Source: Haliea sp. | GTDB lineage: Bacteria; Pseudomonadota; Gammaproteobacteria; Pseudomonadales; Halieaceae | NCBI RefSeq assembly: GCF_040222615.1 | Contig: NZ_JAVKCQ010000019.1 | Span: 21,979-85,978, forward strand | Direction of reading: 5' to 3' | DNA length: 64,000 nucleotides | Shown: positions 1 to 9,092 of the stretch, piece by piece | How the letters are laid out: each line of letters begins with the position of its first letter | Position numbering within the stretch: the first letter of the stretch is position 1 | The notes under the pieces: generated by a model | Seen by the model: the letters and a program-made list of their open reading frames with translations, nothing else | Told to the model about the DNA's origin: nothing | Databases searched by the model: none | Made by a program: the position numbers and the translations under genes

Positions 1-2
1 GT

Positions 3-296
3 GCCAGTCGTCATATCTGTGAGAATGCCGTAAGGGTTGCCCTGCGGGCAATGGGCTACACCAACGAGCAGATGACGGCGCACGGGTTCCGGGCTATGGC
101 CCGGACGCTGCTTGATGAGGTTCTGGGATTTCGTCCCGACTGGATCGAGCACCAACTGGCGCACGCCGTGAAGGACCCCAACGGTCGCGCCTACAACCGC
201 ACGTCTCACCTGGAAGGTAGGAAGGAGATGTTGCAAGGGTGGGCCGACTACCTGGACGACCTTTCGAATCAGCAGCGGAGACAAGCACTAACATAA
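3..296 (+). CDS. P4-like phage integrase (tyrosine recombinase), C-terminal part; gene begins before the window
   Basis: Frame is open from position 3 (ASRHICENAVRVALRAMGY) and continues TAHGFRAMART...IEHQLAH...RAYNR...MLQGWADYLD, i.e. the HxxR, H/W and catalytic Tyr boxes typical of P4-type Int. Confidence 0.85.
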   Translation, partial: ASRHICENAVRVALRAMGYTNEQMTAHGFRAMARTLLDEVLGFRPDWIEHQLAHAVKDPNGRAYNRTSHLEGRKEMLQGWADYLDDLSNQQRRQALT

Positions 297-502
297 ACAA
301 GAAAGCTTGGTATAACGTGCCGAAGGTGACGGGCTTCACCGGCGTGCGTTTCCATGATCCGCGACATACTGTGGCTTCAAACGTGGTTTCTGCCGGCCGC
401 ACACTGTTTGAGACAGGCACATTGTTGGGACACAAACAAAACAGCACCACCATGAGATATGCACACCTTGTGCACCACCACATGTCGAAAATGGCAGCAG
501 AG
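290..502 (+). pseudogene. Remnant of a second tyrosine recombinase/integrase (C-terminal boxes only), cut by IS21
   Basis: NINKKAW...GVRFHDPRHTVAS...LLGHKQNSTTMRYAHL matches the HDLRH / LLGH / T.RYAH boxes, with L>P in HDLRH. The N-terminus and RBS are missing, and the frame runs into the IS end at 503. Confidence 0.7.
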
Positions 503-529
503 TGTTGGTTGCCGTTTAAAACTGACCCA
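503..529 (+). repeat. IS21 right terminal inverted repeat
   Basis: TG-initiated 27-mer, 21/27 identical to the reverse complement of 2982-3008. Confidence 0.85.
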
Positions 530-574
530 GGGTTTCCGTCGAATTCTGACCCGGGTTATAGGTGCCCAGTATAC

Positions 575-1390
575 CTAGGCGTCTGTGGATAAGTCTGTCT
601 TTTCGGGTTCGCTGTCTCCTTCATCGGGTTGGGTTGTCGTCGGTTTTCTTCGCTTGCCACTGGCCAGACTGTGACGGAACCGCCAGGACTCATTGCCGGT
701 CTCCACGATGTGGCAGTGGTGGGTGAGCCGGTCGAGCAATGCTGTTGTCATCTTGGCATCACCGAACACGCTGCCCCATTCGGCAAAGCCAAGATTGGTA
801 GTGATCATCACGCTGGTGCGCTCGTACAGTTTCGATAGCAAATGGAACAGCAGGGCTCCACCGGCCTGGCTAAACGGCAGGTAGCCCAACTCATCGAGGA
901 TCACCAGATCAACATGGGTCAGACGGTATGCCAGCTGACCCTGCTTGCCAGCAGCCTTTTCCTGCTCCAGGGTGTTGACCAGTTCTACCGTAGAGAGGAA
1001 CCGCACACGGCGCTGATGGCGCTGGATCGCCTCCACGCCGATGGCGGTGGCCAGATGAGTCTTGCCGGTTCCTGGGCCGCCAATCAGCACCGCGTTCTGT
1101 GCGCTGCTCATGAACTCGCCACCGTGCAGCCGTCGGATCAGCACCTCATCGACCCGTGCCTGGGTAAAATCGAAGCCCGCCAGGTCGCGATGTACCGGGA
1201 ACCGCGCCGCCTTCATCTGATAGGCCAGGGATTTTACCTCTCGCTCCGCCGATTCCGCGGCCAGCAGTACCTGCAACACCTGCTCCGCATCCATTGCGTG
1301 GCTGCGCGCCTTCGCCATCAGTTCCGGCAAGGTCTGCGCCATGCCATGGAGTTTTAGCGACTTCAGCTGTGAGATCAGGTCATTCGACAT
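575..1390 (-). CDS. istB: IS21 helper AAA+ ATPase IstB
   Basis: Walker [12 protein letters not shown], Walker [15 protein letters not shown]...D.....A.LDRL.H motif. Start overlaps the istA stop. Confidence 0.95.
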   Translation of the reverse strand: MSNDLISQLKSLKLHGMAQTLPELMAKARSHAMDAEQVLQVLLAAESAEREVKSLAYQMKAARFPVHRDLAGFDFTQARVDEVLIRRLHGGEFMSSAQNAVLIGGPGTGKTHLATAIGVEAIQRHQRRVRFLSTVELVNTLEQEKAAGKQGQLAYRLTHVDLVILDELGYLPFSQAGGALLFHLLSKLYERTSVMITTNLGFAEWGSVFGDAKMTTALLDRLTHHCHIVETGNESWRFRHSLASGKRRKPTTTQPDEGDSEPEKTDLSTDA

Positions 1391-2903
1391 GGTTCACCTC
1401 CGCCGGCACCGGGCTGCGCAGATGGTCGTAACGTTGCACATTGGCCAGGGGTTCCTCACTGAGCGTCAGCGAGGTTTCCACGGGCGTTTTCGGGGGCAGC
1501 GGTGATTGCAGCCGGGCCAGCACGTTCAGCACATGGTCGCCGCTGATGTTGCCCGACTCCAGTGCCAGCTCCACCGCGACCAGTACCGGCTCCAGCCCTT
1601 CGGAGACGACCGCAGCGAGGACCTGAGCCATGACCCGGTCGCCGCCCTCCTGGCGCAACAGGTACCGCTGCAGGGTCCTGAGGCGCTCAGGCATCTCGGT
1701 GAACGGTGCGCCGTTGCGTAGCGCGCCGGGCTTGCGTTGCAGCACGCCGACATAGTGTTGCCAGTCATAGACCGTCTGGTAGCGTTCAAAGCAGCGCCGA
1801 TGCCGCGCCACCTCCTCACCGTCGGCCACCAGGACCAGTTCCCAGGGATACACCCGCAGGCTGATGACCTGGTGTGCCAGCTCTGCTGGCACACTGTAGC
1901 GACTGCGCTGGTAATGGATCAGGGCCGTGGCGGAGACTCGCACCGGCTGTTCAATATAGCCGTCAAACGGCTGCGGGTTGGGCATCAGATGCGGCTGCTC
2001 ATCCTCCAGCACCGAGAGAAGGGTCAAGTCGGGGCAGTCCGGGTGACGCATGTCCACCCACGCCGCACGGCACTCACTGGCCAGCCAGTCATTCAGCACT
2101 TCCAGTGACGGCCAATGGCGAGCGTTGGCATTGGCCCACAGTTGCCGCCGACGGTCCTGCACGTTCTTCTCCACGACGCCCTTCTCCCAGCCAGCGGCCC
2201 GGTTACAGAACTCCGGCTCAAACAGGTAGTGGCCGGTCATCGCCTGGAAACGCGCGTTGACGGTGCGCTCCTTGCCGCGCCCGACTTTGTCCACCGCTGT
2301 CTTCATGTTGTCGTAGATGCCGCGCCGGGGTATGCCGCCAAAGGCAGCGAAGGCTCGGGCATGGGCATCAAACAACATCTCATGCGTCTGCAGCGGGTAG
2401 GCCACCACCAGGAAGGCGCGACTGTGGGCCAGCTTGATATGGGCCGCCTCCAGTCGACGTCGAATGCCGCCGATCATGGCGTACTCGCAGCTCCAGTCGA
2501 ACTGGAAGGCCTCACCAGGGGCAAACCTCAGGGGGATGAAGGCTTTGCGGGCCGGCGCGGCACCGCCGGCTTCGCGCCATTGCCTGACAAAGATGGCCAC
2601 CCGGGCGTAGCCACCGGGATAACCCTGCGCCTGCAGCAACTGGAACAATACCTAAGCGGTGCTCCGGTCACGCTTGGGGCTGTGACTCTCGCTTCGCAGC
2701 CAGGTCGCCAGCTGTTCTTTGTAAGGATCCAGGATGCTGGGAGCGGTGCGGCGAGGATACGCGGGTTCGCGCATCTCGCTCTGACGCAGCCAGTGCCTGA
2801 GGGTGTTGCGGGATAAACCGGTCTGCCGCGCAATCTCGCGCAGGGGGACCTTGTCGCGGAAATACATCCGCCGGATCTTGGCTAACATGCCCACTGTGAT
2901 CAC
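1380..2903 (-). pseudogene. istA: IS21 transposase IstA interrupted by an in-frame TAG at 2652-2654
   Basis: N-terminal HTH ORF (2652-2903) and DDE/RNase H ORF (1380-2648; FQFDW, YDNMKT, KGVVE) are in the same frame, separated by ...ACC GCT TAG GTA TTG TTC.... Confidence 0.9.
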
Positions 2904-2981
2904 TCCTTCGTACCCCGCTCAAAAAATGAGCAGAGTAGTCGATTCAGTGGGTCAGTTTTGGATGGAAATTACCCCCTTAGG

Positions 2982-3008
2982 TGGGTCAATTTTGGGCGGC
3001 ATTCAACA
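2982..3008 (-). repeat. IS21 left terminal inverted repeat
   Basis: See the IS entry. A second internal repeat lies at about 2948-2968. Confidence 0.85.
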
Positions 3009-3192
3009 GTCAAGCCGCTATTGGCATGGCACTTTCGGGAATAGCGGAGGAATATGGATTGCGGAGGTTGCGGCAGAGATTCGTCACCGGGTCGACTCAG
3101 GGGCGACCGCGATCAGGTGCTGAGCAGAGTCCCTCCTGTTTGGTCGGGGAGCGCTCTGTTCCGGCGCACCGGCGACCCAGGGGATGGATGCC

Positions 3193-3233
3193 GATGTTGC
3201 AGCGGAGGGTATGGCCCCTTCCGCTGCCACATC
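3193..3233. terminator. GC-rich hairpin 25 bp downstream of the tauD-like gene (terminator or stabiliser)
   Basis: GATGT-T-GCAGCGGAG...TTCCGCTGC-C-ACATC arms. No clear U-tract. Confidence 0.4.
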
Positions 3234-3257
3234 ACTGCGCTTGCAGCGTCGGAGTAT

Positions 3258-4184
3258 TTACTCCCCGTCCAGCACCCGTCCGAGGGTCACATCCCCCATG
3301 ATGGTGGTGCGATTGATCACCCGCCGGACCCCGGGCGGAGTGCCGGTCGCGCAGTGCATGATGCGCCAGTTGTCCCAGAGGACCATGTCGCCCTCCTGCC
3401 ACTGGTGGAAATAGTGAAACTCGGGCTTGCGAGTGTGGGCCACCAGGCGCTCCAGCAGCTCGATGGACTCGTCGTTGGAGAGCCCGAATTTCTGCGGGGT
3501 GATCACCCGGTCCAGGAATTGCTCGACGATCTCCAGGACCTTGCGCCCGCTGACCGGGTGGGTGACTACGGCCGGATACACGGCATCGGCGAAGTCGGGG
3601 AAGCCGATATCCGACGGCTTCTTGGGCAGGTGCTCGCCGGGCTGGTAGCCCTCGAGATTCACATAGCGCATGTGCTTGCGCTGCATGCTGAAGCTGTAGG
3701 CCACTTCCAGTTTTTCCAGCAGGGTCTGGGTTTCCTCGTCCAGGGTGTCCCAGGCCATGGCGAGGTCGCCGAACCCGGTGAGACCTTCAGCGGAGGGTAC
3801 TTGCACTGCCGTGAGCAGGGCGCCGTGGTTGGGGCGGGCGGTATAGTGCAGGTCCATGTGCCAGTCCAGGCGGCCAACAATGGCTTCGCCCTTGTAGTGG
3901 GCGAGCATGTGCTGGTCTTTCTCGGTGCCGTTTTCCAGTACGAACAGCTCCGGGTATTTATCGGAGGTCTTTACCTTCAGCGGGTGCAGTTCCAGCGGCC
4001 CGAAGATGCGGCTGAATTCAATCTGGTTTTCGGGGGTGATGGCCTGGCCGCGAAACAGCAGGAGTCCGTGCTCGTACCAGGCGTCGCGCAATTCCTGTCG
4101 GAGCGTATCGCTGAAGGGCTGGGTGATATCGAAGCCGCTCACTTCGGCGCCAATGTTTTGCAGGGGCTTGACGGTCAGCGTCAT
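3258..4184 (-). CDS. TauD/TfdA-family Fe(II)/2-oxoglutarate dioxygenase
   Basis: WHMD (HxD) motif, WDNWRIMHCA distal His, terminal R-T-T-I-x-G. 308 aa. Confidence 0.9.
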   Translation of the reverse strand: MTLTVKPLQNIGAEVSGFDITQPFSDTLRQELRDAWYEHGLLLFRGQAITPENQIEFSRIFGPLELHPLKVKTSDKYPELFVLENGTEKDQHMLAHYKGEAIVGRLDWHMDLHYTARPNHGALLTAVQVPSAEGLTGFGDLAMAWDTLDEETQTLLEKLEVAYSFSMQRKHMRYVNLEGYQPGEHLPKKPSDIGFPDFADAVYPAVVTHPVSGRKVLEIVEQFLDRVITPQKFGLSNDESIELLERLVAHTRKPEFHYFHQWQEGDMVLWDNWRIMHCATGTPPGVRRVINRTTIMGDVTLGRVLDGE

Positions 4185-4230
4185 GGAGGTTCCTCAATAC
4201 GTAAAAGGGTTGGGAAGCAGTGGCCAGTGG

Positions 4231-5010
4231 CTATTCGAGTACGCGCGGGTCGCGGCGGATTTCCCGTCTGGCCATCGCTTCCCACAGGAAGGGAAAGCCG
4301 TTGCCGTCGGTCATTTTGCCGGTGGCCGCGGCCGTTTGCGCATCCAGCGGCTTGCCGTTGCCGAGTGCTTCCACGCGCCAGGCCAGGCGGCAGCGCCATT
4401 CCAGGGTGATGGCACGCAGGTGGGCCTGGCGCACGTCCTTGCCGACCAGGAATACGCCGTGATTGGCAAGCAGGGCCCATTTGTGTTCGCCCAGTGCCTC
4501 GACGGCGGCGCGGCCCTCCTTCTCGTCGTTTACGGTGCCGTGGTACTCGTCGAACACGACCGGGTCGCTGTCCACCAGCGCCGAGGTCTGGTCGTAGATG
4601 GGCGGTACCCGCTTGCAGGCGGCCCAGACCGAACCCCACTCCGGGTGATTGTGGATCACCACCCGCACATCCTCCCGCAGGCTGTGCATGTCGCGGTGCA
4701 CGTTGATGGCCGGGGTGACGTTCCAGCGGCCGTCGAGAATCCTGCCCTCTTCGTTGATGGTGAGGATGTCCGAGGCGCAGACTTCGTCCCAGGCCAGCTC
4801 CCAGGGGTTGACCAGCATGGTGCCGTCGTCCTGGCGCAGGGTGATGTGGCCGGCAATGTGATCGTTGTAGCCTTCCCGGAACAGCACCCGGCACAGCAGG
4901 GCCAGCTCCTGGTGTGGGTTCAGGGTCGGCAGTGTGGGATAGCGGCCGGGATTGGGCACCAGCGGGGCCAGTACTTTCCAGTTGAGGCTGGGATCATTCT
5001 GGTAATTCAT
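4231..5010 (-). CDS. Class II aldolase/adducin-family protein
   Basis: GHITLR, VVIHNHP, LLANHGV Zn-binding His motifs. 259 aa. Confidence 0.88.
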   Translation of the reverse strand: MNYQNDPSLNWKVLAPLVPNPGRYPTLPTLNPHQELALLCRVLFREGYNDHIAGHITLRQDDGTMLVNPWELAWDEVCASDILTINEEGRILDGRWNVTPAINVHRDMHSLREDVRVVIHNHPEWGSVWAACKRVPPIYDQTSALVDSDPVVFDEYHGTVNDEKEGRAAVEALGEHKWALLANHGVFLVGKDVRQAHLRAITLEWRCRLAWRVEALGNGKPLDAQTAAATGKMTDGNGFPFLWEAMARREIRRDPRVLE

Positions 5011-5716
5011 TATCTGGATCCTTTTGCGGTAGGTGACGGGTTGCAGAATCGGCCGGCGCGGCGGCTTGCAGTGCGTGGGCCAGCAGCATCTGTTGCAGTT
5101 CGGCGCGGAAGGTGGCGCTGCCCAGCCATTCCGGCTGTTCGTCCACTGCCCGGGCGCTGGCCTCGGTCAGGGTGGTGGCGATCAGGAAGGCGCGGAAGGT
5201 GGCGCTTGCCGTTGGCAATTCGGGCCGGTGGTGCAGCAGAGTTTCCCGCAGCCATTCCTGCAGTGAACTGGTCGGGGCGTAGCGGCGGACGCTGGCCTGG
5301 ATCAGGGTGTCAAAGCCGATTTCCCGATGATAGCGCCGGTAGATTTCGCCGTGACGCTGCAGCAGGCGCCGGTGCCGTTCGCAGGTGACCACCACCAGCT
5401 CCCGCAGGGTGTCCTCCAGCGACTGCCAGCGCAAGGCGCCGAGGTAGCGGGTTTCGCTGGCGAGCTGGTCGGCCTCCTCTGGCGCATCCTCCAAAAGGAC
5501 ATCGAGGAGTACCGCCTCCTTGTTGGGGTAGTATTGATAGAAGGAGCCAATGGTGACGCCCGCCACATCGGCAATCCGCTGCGCGGTGAGGGAGTCGGCG
5601 CTGTTGTCCTGGATGATGCGCCGACAGGCCTCCCGAATGGACGCCACAAGCAGTCGCGAGCGAGCCTGTTTGGGCTCGCGGCGGGTTGCCTGCAACCTGT
5701 TGTCGGCGTATGTCAT
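4994..5716 (-). CDS. TetR/AcrR-family transcriptional regulator
   Basis: R.PKQARSR N-terminus and HTH TAQRIADVAGVTIGSFYQYYPNKEAV. Confidence 0.9.
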   Translation of the reverse strand: MTYADNRLQATRREPKQARSRLLVASIREACRRIIQDNSADSLTAQRIADVAGVTIGSFYQYYPNKEAVLLDVLLEDAPEEADQLASETRYLGALRWQSLEDTLRELVVVTCERHRRLLQRHGEIYRRYHREIGFDTLIQASVRRYAPTSSLQEWLRETLLHHRPELPTASATFRAFLIATTLTEASARAVDEQPEWLGSATFRAELQQMLLAHALQAAAPADSATRHLPQKDPDNELPE

Positions 5717-5799
5717 GGCCTATACCCTACCGCAGCAGGGCTCCTGCACAACTCGCGTTCAGGAATCGTCTGGCCGTTGATAATGCCCTGTTTTCAAAA

Positions 5800-5836
5800 G
5801 AAAAACCCGAAAAAGCTGATGGTACTCGGATTTTTC
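5800..5836 (-). terminator. Rho-independent terminator of the autotransporter gene
   Basis: On minus: GAAAAATCCGA...TCGGGTTTTTC followed by TTTTG, directly after the stop codon. Confidence 0.6.
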
Positions 5837-7291
5837 CTAGAAGACCCCGCGCAAGCCGAAGGTCACCAGGTTGGCGCTGGTGCCGGAAAGCCCTGCGGTA
5901 CTGTTGTACTGCACGAAGGCAAACAGGTTGTTGGCAAACTGTGCGGACAGCCCCAGCGTCAGCTCGAAGAAGTTCTCGTCCGGGTCATCGGTGGGCGAGC
6001 GGAATTGTATGCTGCTCCCCGGCACGGCGAAGGCGTAGCTGTAGTCAAGCGTTTGCGCTTCATTGTCAAACTCGTGCCGCCATTCGGCCCCGGCATAGGG
6101 CAGCAGGACTCCAAAATCGGTGCTGCTGGCGTGGCGGAGCATCACGCCGAAAATGGATTGCACCGACTGGGTGTCCTGGCTGCCGTAGCGCAGGGCAAGG
6201 CCGCCGCTGCCGCCAGTTTCCCTCTCCTGGTAGCCATCGATGTCGATATCCAGGTAGTCGAAGCCGGCATACACATCTACCGTAGTTGCGCCACTGCCGA
6301 ATACGTAGCCGGCGGTGGCCTGGGCGCCCAGCTGGGAGCTGTCGGTGCTGGCATCGAAACTGCGGTCGACCACCAGGCCCGTCGCCGTGCCCGTCGCGCC
6401 CGGTGCGGCGGTAATCTGGGCCTTGCGCAGCATGTCAAAATCGTTCTGGCCGTAACTCAGGATGCCGTTGACGTAGCTGTTTTCGGTTCCGTAGACGAAA
6501 AATCCGGACAGGCTGTAGCCATCGCTCTCAATCTTGCCCCCCGCTGAGCTGGTTGCGAAGCTGCTGCCGGTGGTGCGGTCCAGGTCGACATCATAGCTGT
6601 TGTAACCCAGCGCCAGTCCCGCGGCGAGGCCGTTGTCGAAGGCGTAGTCGGCACCCAGGGTGATGCCCCAAGAATCGAAGTCGTAGCCGCCCTCGTTGTC
6701 GGTTTCATCGCGGTCGCCCCAGCCGACGGCGCCGTTGCTGAACCAGGCCCAACCGGTGTCTGCGTCCCGTTCGTCTCCGGCGCCAGTGCCTCCGGCGAGG
6801 GCTGCCGGGCTGCCGGCCAGTGCTTCGCTGAGATCCTGCCCCTGAAAATTGACCGCCACGGGAGAAATACTGGAGCGGGCGCCACGGCGAATGGCATCCA
6901 TACGCGCACCCAGATTCGCGAACTGTCGGTTGCTGCTTTCCGTTGCCAGGCGGGATTGGCTGGATGCCTCTTCGCCGGAAAACTGGCGGATGGCGTTGTA
7001 GGTTTCACCCGGGCTGGAGAAGTTGTAGTTGTTGGCGGTGGCGCCCAGTACGGTGCCTGACATCTCCCGGCAGCGATTGAACAGATCGGCTCGCTCCCCA
7101 GCCTGCGGGCCACTGGCGCCCAGCTCCAGGCAAGTGGCCCTGATCGCGTCGCCGGCGTTGACGATGAACTGTGGCGCTCCCTGGTCGGCCAGTGCCTGGC
7201 CCACATCGGTCGCAGGGCCCTGTTGGGCGTGGCTGGTGGCGGCGCAGAAGGCACTGCCAAACACGAATCCATAGCTGGTTATTCTGTTCAT
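5837..7291 (-). CDS. Autotransporter-type outer-membrane beta-barrel protein with a very short passenger
   Basis: Sec signal (..ATSHA|QQ), about 130-aa passenger with a Cys pair, helical linker, alternating beta-strand pattern (WGITLGADY, GAEWRHEF), C-terminal Phe (FGLRGVF). Confidence 0.85.
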   Translation of the reverse strand: MNRITSYGFVFGSAFCAATSHAQQGPATDVGQALADQGAPQFIVNAGDAIRATCLELGASGPQAGERADLFNRCREMSGTVLGATANNYNFSSPGETYNAIRQFSGEEASSQSRLATESSNRQFANLGARMDAIRRGARSSISPVAVNFQGQDLSEALAGSPAALAGGTGAGDERDADTGWAWFSNGAVGWGDRDETDNEGGYDFDSWGITLGADYAFDNGLAAGLALGYNSYDVDLDRTTGSSFATSSAGGKIESDGYSLSGFFVYGTENSYVNGILSYGQNDFDMLRKAQITAAPGATGTATGLVVDRSFDASTDSSQLGAQATAGYVFGSGATTVDVYAGFDYLDIDIDGYQERETGGSGGLALRYGSQDTQSVQSIFGVMLRHASSTDFGVLLPYAGAEWRHEFDNEAQTLDYSYAFAVPGSSIQFRSPTDDPDENFFELTLGLSAQFANNLFAFVQYNSTAGLSGTSANLVTFGLRGVF

Positions 7292-7558
7292 TGTTCGCCC
7301 TTCCCCGTGAATGCAACAGTTGCCCGGACGAATGGTTTGGTTGGCAATGCCAGAATGCGGTAAAGCCAGCCATTGACGAGCACTGTTCGTTATTAATTGA
7401 GTTGTTCCAAAGAGTCTACTCCTGTTTGCGAGCAGCGCAAGTCGAGGACAGGTATTCCCTGCCCTGCGCAGCGAGCTTTCGCTGCTGGTGAAGCTGGGCT
7501 AGTATAAAAGTCTGCCTGTGTTGTCGGGCGCTACAGGCGGGCCCATGGTGCGAGACAG

Positions 7559-9037
7559 ATGCCCGTGAATAAAACGTACGAGGTGACAGTCCAGGGCGAT
7601 CTGCCCGGTGACGCCACCGAGCTTGATCCATTACAGTCGCAGGCACCTGCTCCCGGGATGGTGCTGCGGGATCGATTTGTGCTCCAGCGCATGCTCGGCG
7701 CCGGCGGCATGAGCAAGGTTTTCCTGGCGATTGACCGCGAACTTGAGGACTCCAATCCCTTCGTTGCGATCAAGGTGCTCGGCGACAGCTTCAAGGATCA
7801 TCCCCAGGCGCTCACCTCACTGCGCCGCGAAGTCAATAACTCCCGTCAGCTCAACCATCCCAATATTGTCGGCGTCTATCACTTCGACCGTCATGACGAC
7901 ATTGTCTTCATGGTCATGGAATACATGCGTGGAGAACCGCTGGATGAATTCCTGCGCAAGCATCGGGAGGGTCTGCCCTGGGACCAGGCCTGGCACATCA
8001 TCCGCGGTTGCGGTGAAGCGCTGGCGTATATGCACGACCACGGGGTGGTGCACTCGGACTTCAAACCGGGGAACGTTTTTCTCACCGAGGACAACGAGGT
8101 CAAGGTGCTGGATCTGGGCATCGCACGCACCCTGGACGAAGCGCTGGCGACCCGCAACACCACCCGTTTCGATGGCGATGCGCTGCTGGCACTCACACCA
8201 CAATACGCCAGTTGTGAGATGTTCGAGGGACAGGCGCCCGATAGACGGGACGACATCTATGCCCTGGGCTGCGTGGCCTACCTGCTGCTCACGGGGCGCC
8301 ACCCCTTCGACGGCGCACGCGCAATTGATGCCCGCAGCAACGAGCTGGTTGCAGAGCGGCCCCCTGGCCTGCGCCAGGCGCAATGGCAGGCACTGCTGAA
8401 GAGCCTCGCCCATCGGCGGCGTGAACGCACAGCCCATGCCCAGGAATTTCTCGCCAGCTTCGGCCCCGTTATCCGCTCCCGCAGCGCGGCCCCGTGGATT
8501 GCAGTGACCGCCCTGCTGCTGGTTTCCGGAGTCGCAGTCGGAAGCTGGCAGGTGTATCGTGCTTCTCCGGAACAACGTTTTATCGATGAGATGCTGGTGC
8601 AATACCGGGACACTGGCGATTCATCCGTCGGTGCGGAACAGGTGGCGCTGTGGCTTGAACAGGGGGCCCAGAATGTCGCGATGGCCAGCGCGGCGTTTGC
8701 CAACGACGAGTTTGATCGCGGTGGCTACTTCCTCCACGGCAGCACCAGTTCGGCGAAATGGGTGTATGACCTGGTATTGCGTCAGGCTCCCGACGAAGCC
8801 AGCAAGCGCGCCGCTGCCAGCGGCATGTTGCAGTTGGCGGCCGCTTATGAAGAGCCGGTACAGAGGCTCGCCGAAATGGAGCGCCCGCGCGAGGCGCTGG
8901 AGTTTGCCTGTCGCGGTGTTGCCATCAATGCCCACAATCCGGTACTGGGGGGGCTGTTGCCCGCCCTGGCCGAGAGGGTGCCCAACCCGGGCGTCATCGC
9001 CGGCTGTAAAGACTTGCCCGAGGGTATTTTGCGCTGA
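7559..9037 (+). CDS. Hanks-type Ser/Thr protein kinase, membrane-anchored
   Basis: LGAGGMSKV, AIKVL, HPNIV, VMEY, HSDFKPGNV, DLGIA, YASCE, DIYALG. Single TM (PWIAVTALLLVSGVAVG) followed by a helical C-terminal domain. Confidence 0.93.
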   Translation: MPVNKTYEVTVQGDLPGDATELDPLQSQAPAPGMVLRDRFVLQRMLGAGGMSKVFLAIDRELEDSNPFVAIKVLGDSFKDHPQALTSLRREVNNSRQLNHPNIVGVYHFDRHDDIVFMVMEYMRGEPLDEFLRKHREGLPWDQAWHIIRGCGEALAYMHDHGVVHSDFKPGNVFLTEDNEVKVLDLGIARTLDEALATRNTTRFDGDALLALTPQYASCEMFEGQAPDRRDDIYALGCVAYLLLTGRHPFDGARAIDARSNELVAERPPGLRQAQWQALLKSLAHRRRERTAHAQEFLASFGPVIRSRSAAPWIAVTALLLVSGVAVGSWQVYRASPEQRFIDEMLVQYRDTGDSSVGAEQVALWLEQGAQNVAMASAAFANDEFDRGGYFLHGSTSSAKWVYDLVLRQAPDEASKRAAASGMLQLAAAYEEPVQRLAEMERPREALEFACRGVAINAHNPVLGGLLPALAERVPNPGVIAGCKDLPEGILR

Positions 9038-9092
9038 TTCGCCAGCCCCCGGCCCGACCATTGCGCTTCAGTACCAGGAGGGAACGAGCTTT

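Larger units (their letters stand above)
503..3008 (-). mobile_element. IS21-family insertion sequence (istA-istB), about 2.5 kb
   Basis: Terminal inverted repeats TGTTGGTTGCCGTTTAAAACTGACCCA (503-529) and TGTTGAATGCCGCCCAAAATTGACCCA (minus, 3008-2982) match at 21/27. Subterminal TTTCC...CTGACCC repeats lie at both ends. istA and istB are inside. No flanking target-site duplication seen. Confidence 0.92.

Noticed and set aside
2652-2654. TAG in istA as a pyrrolysine or programmed recoding site
   Set aside because: No pyl genes or recoding signals are seen; a nonsense mutation is simpler.
3075-3110. GGGTCGACTC as a tRNA T-loop or att-site remnant
   Set aside because: No pairing T-stem, acceptor stem or CCA end.
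8559-9092. N-terminal extension of the caspase ORF to 8559 (987 aa)
   Set aside because: It overlaps the kinase in another frame; the strong RBS and signal peptide are at ATG 9093.
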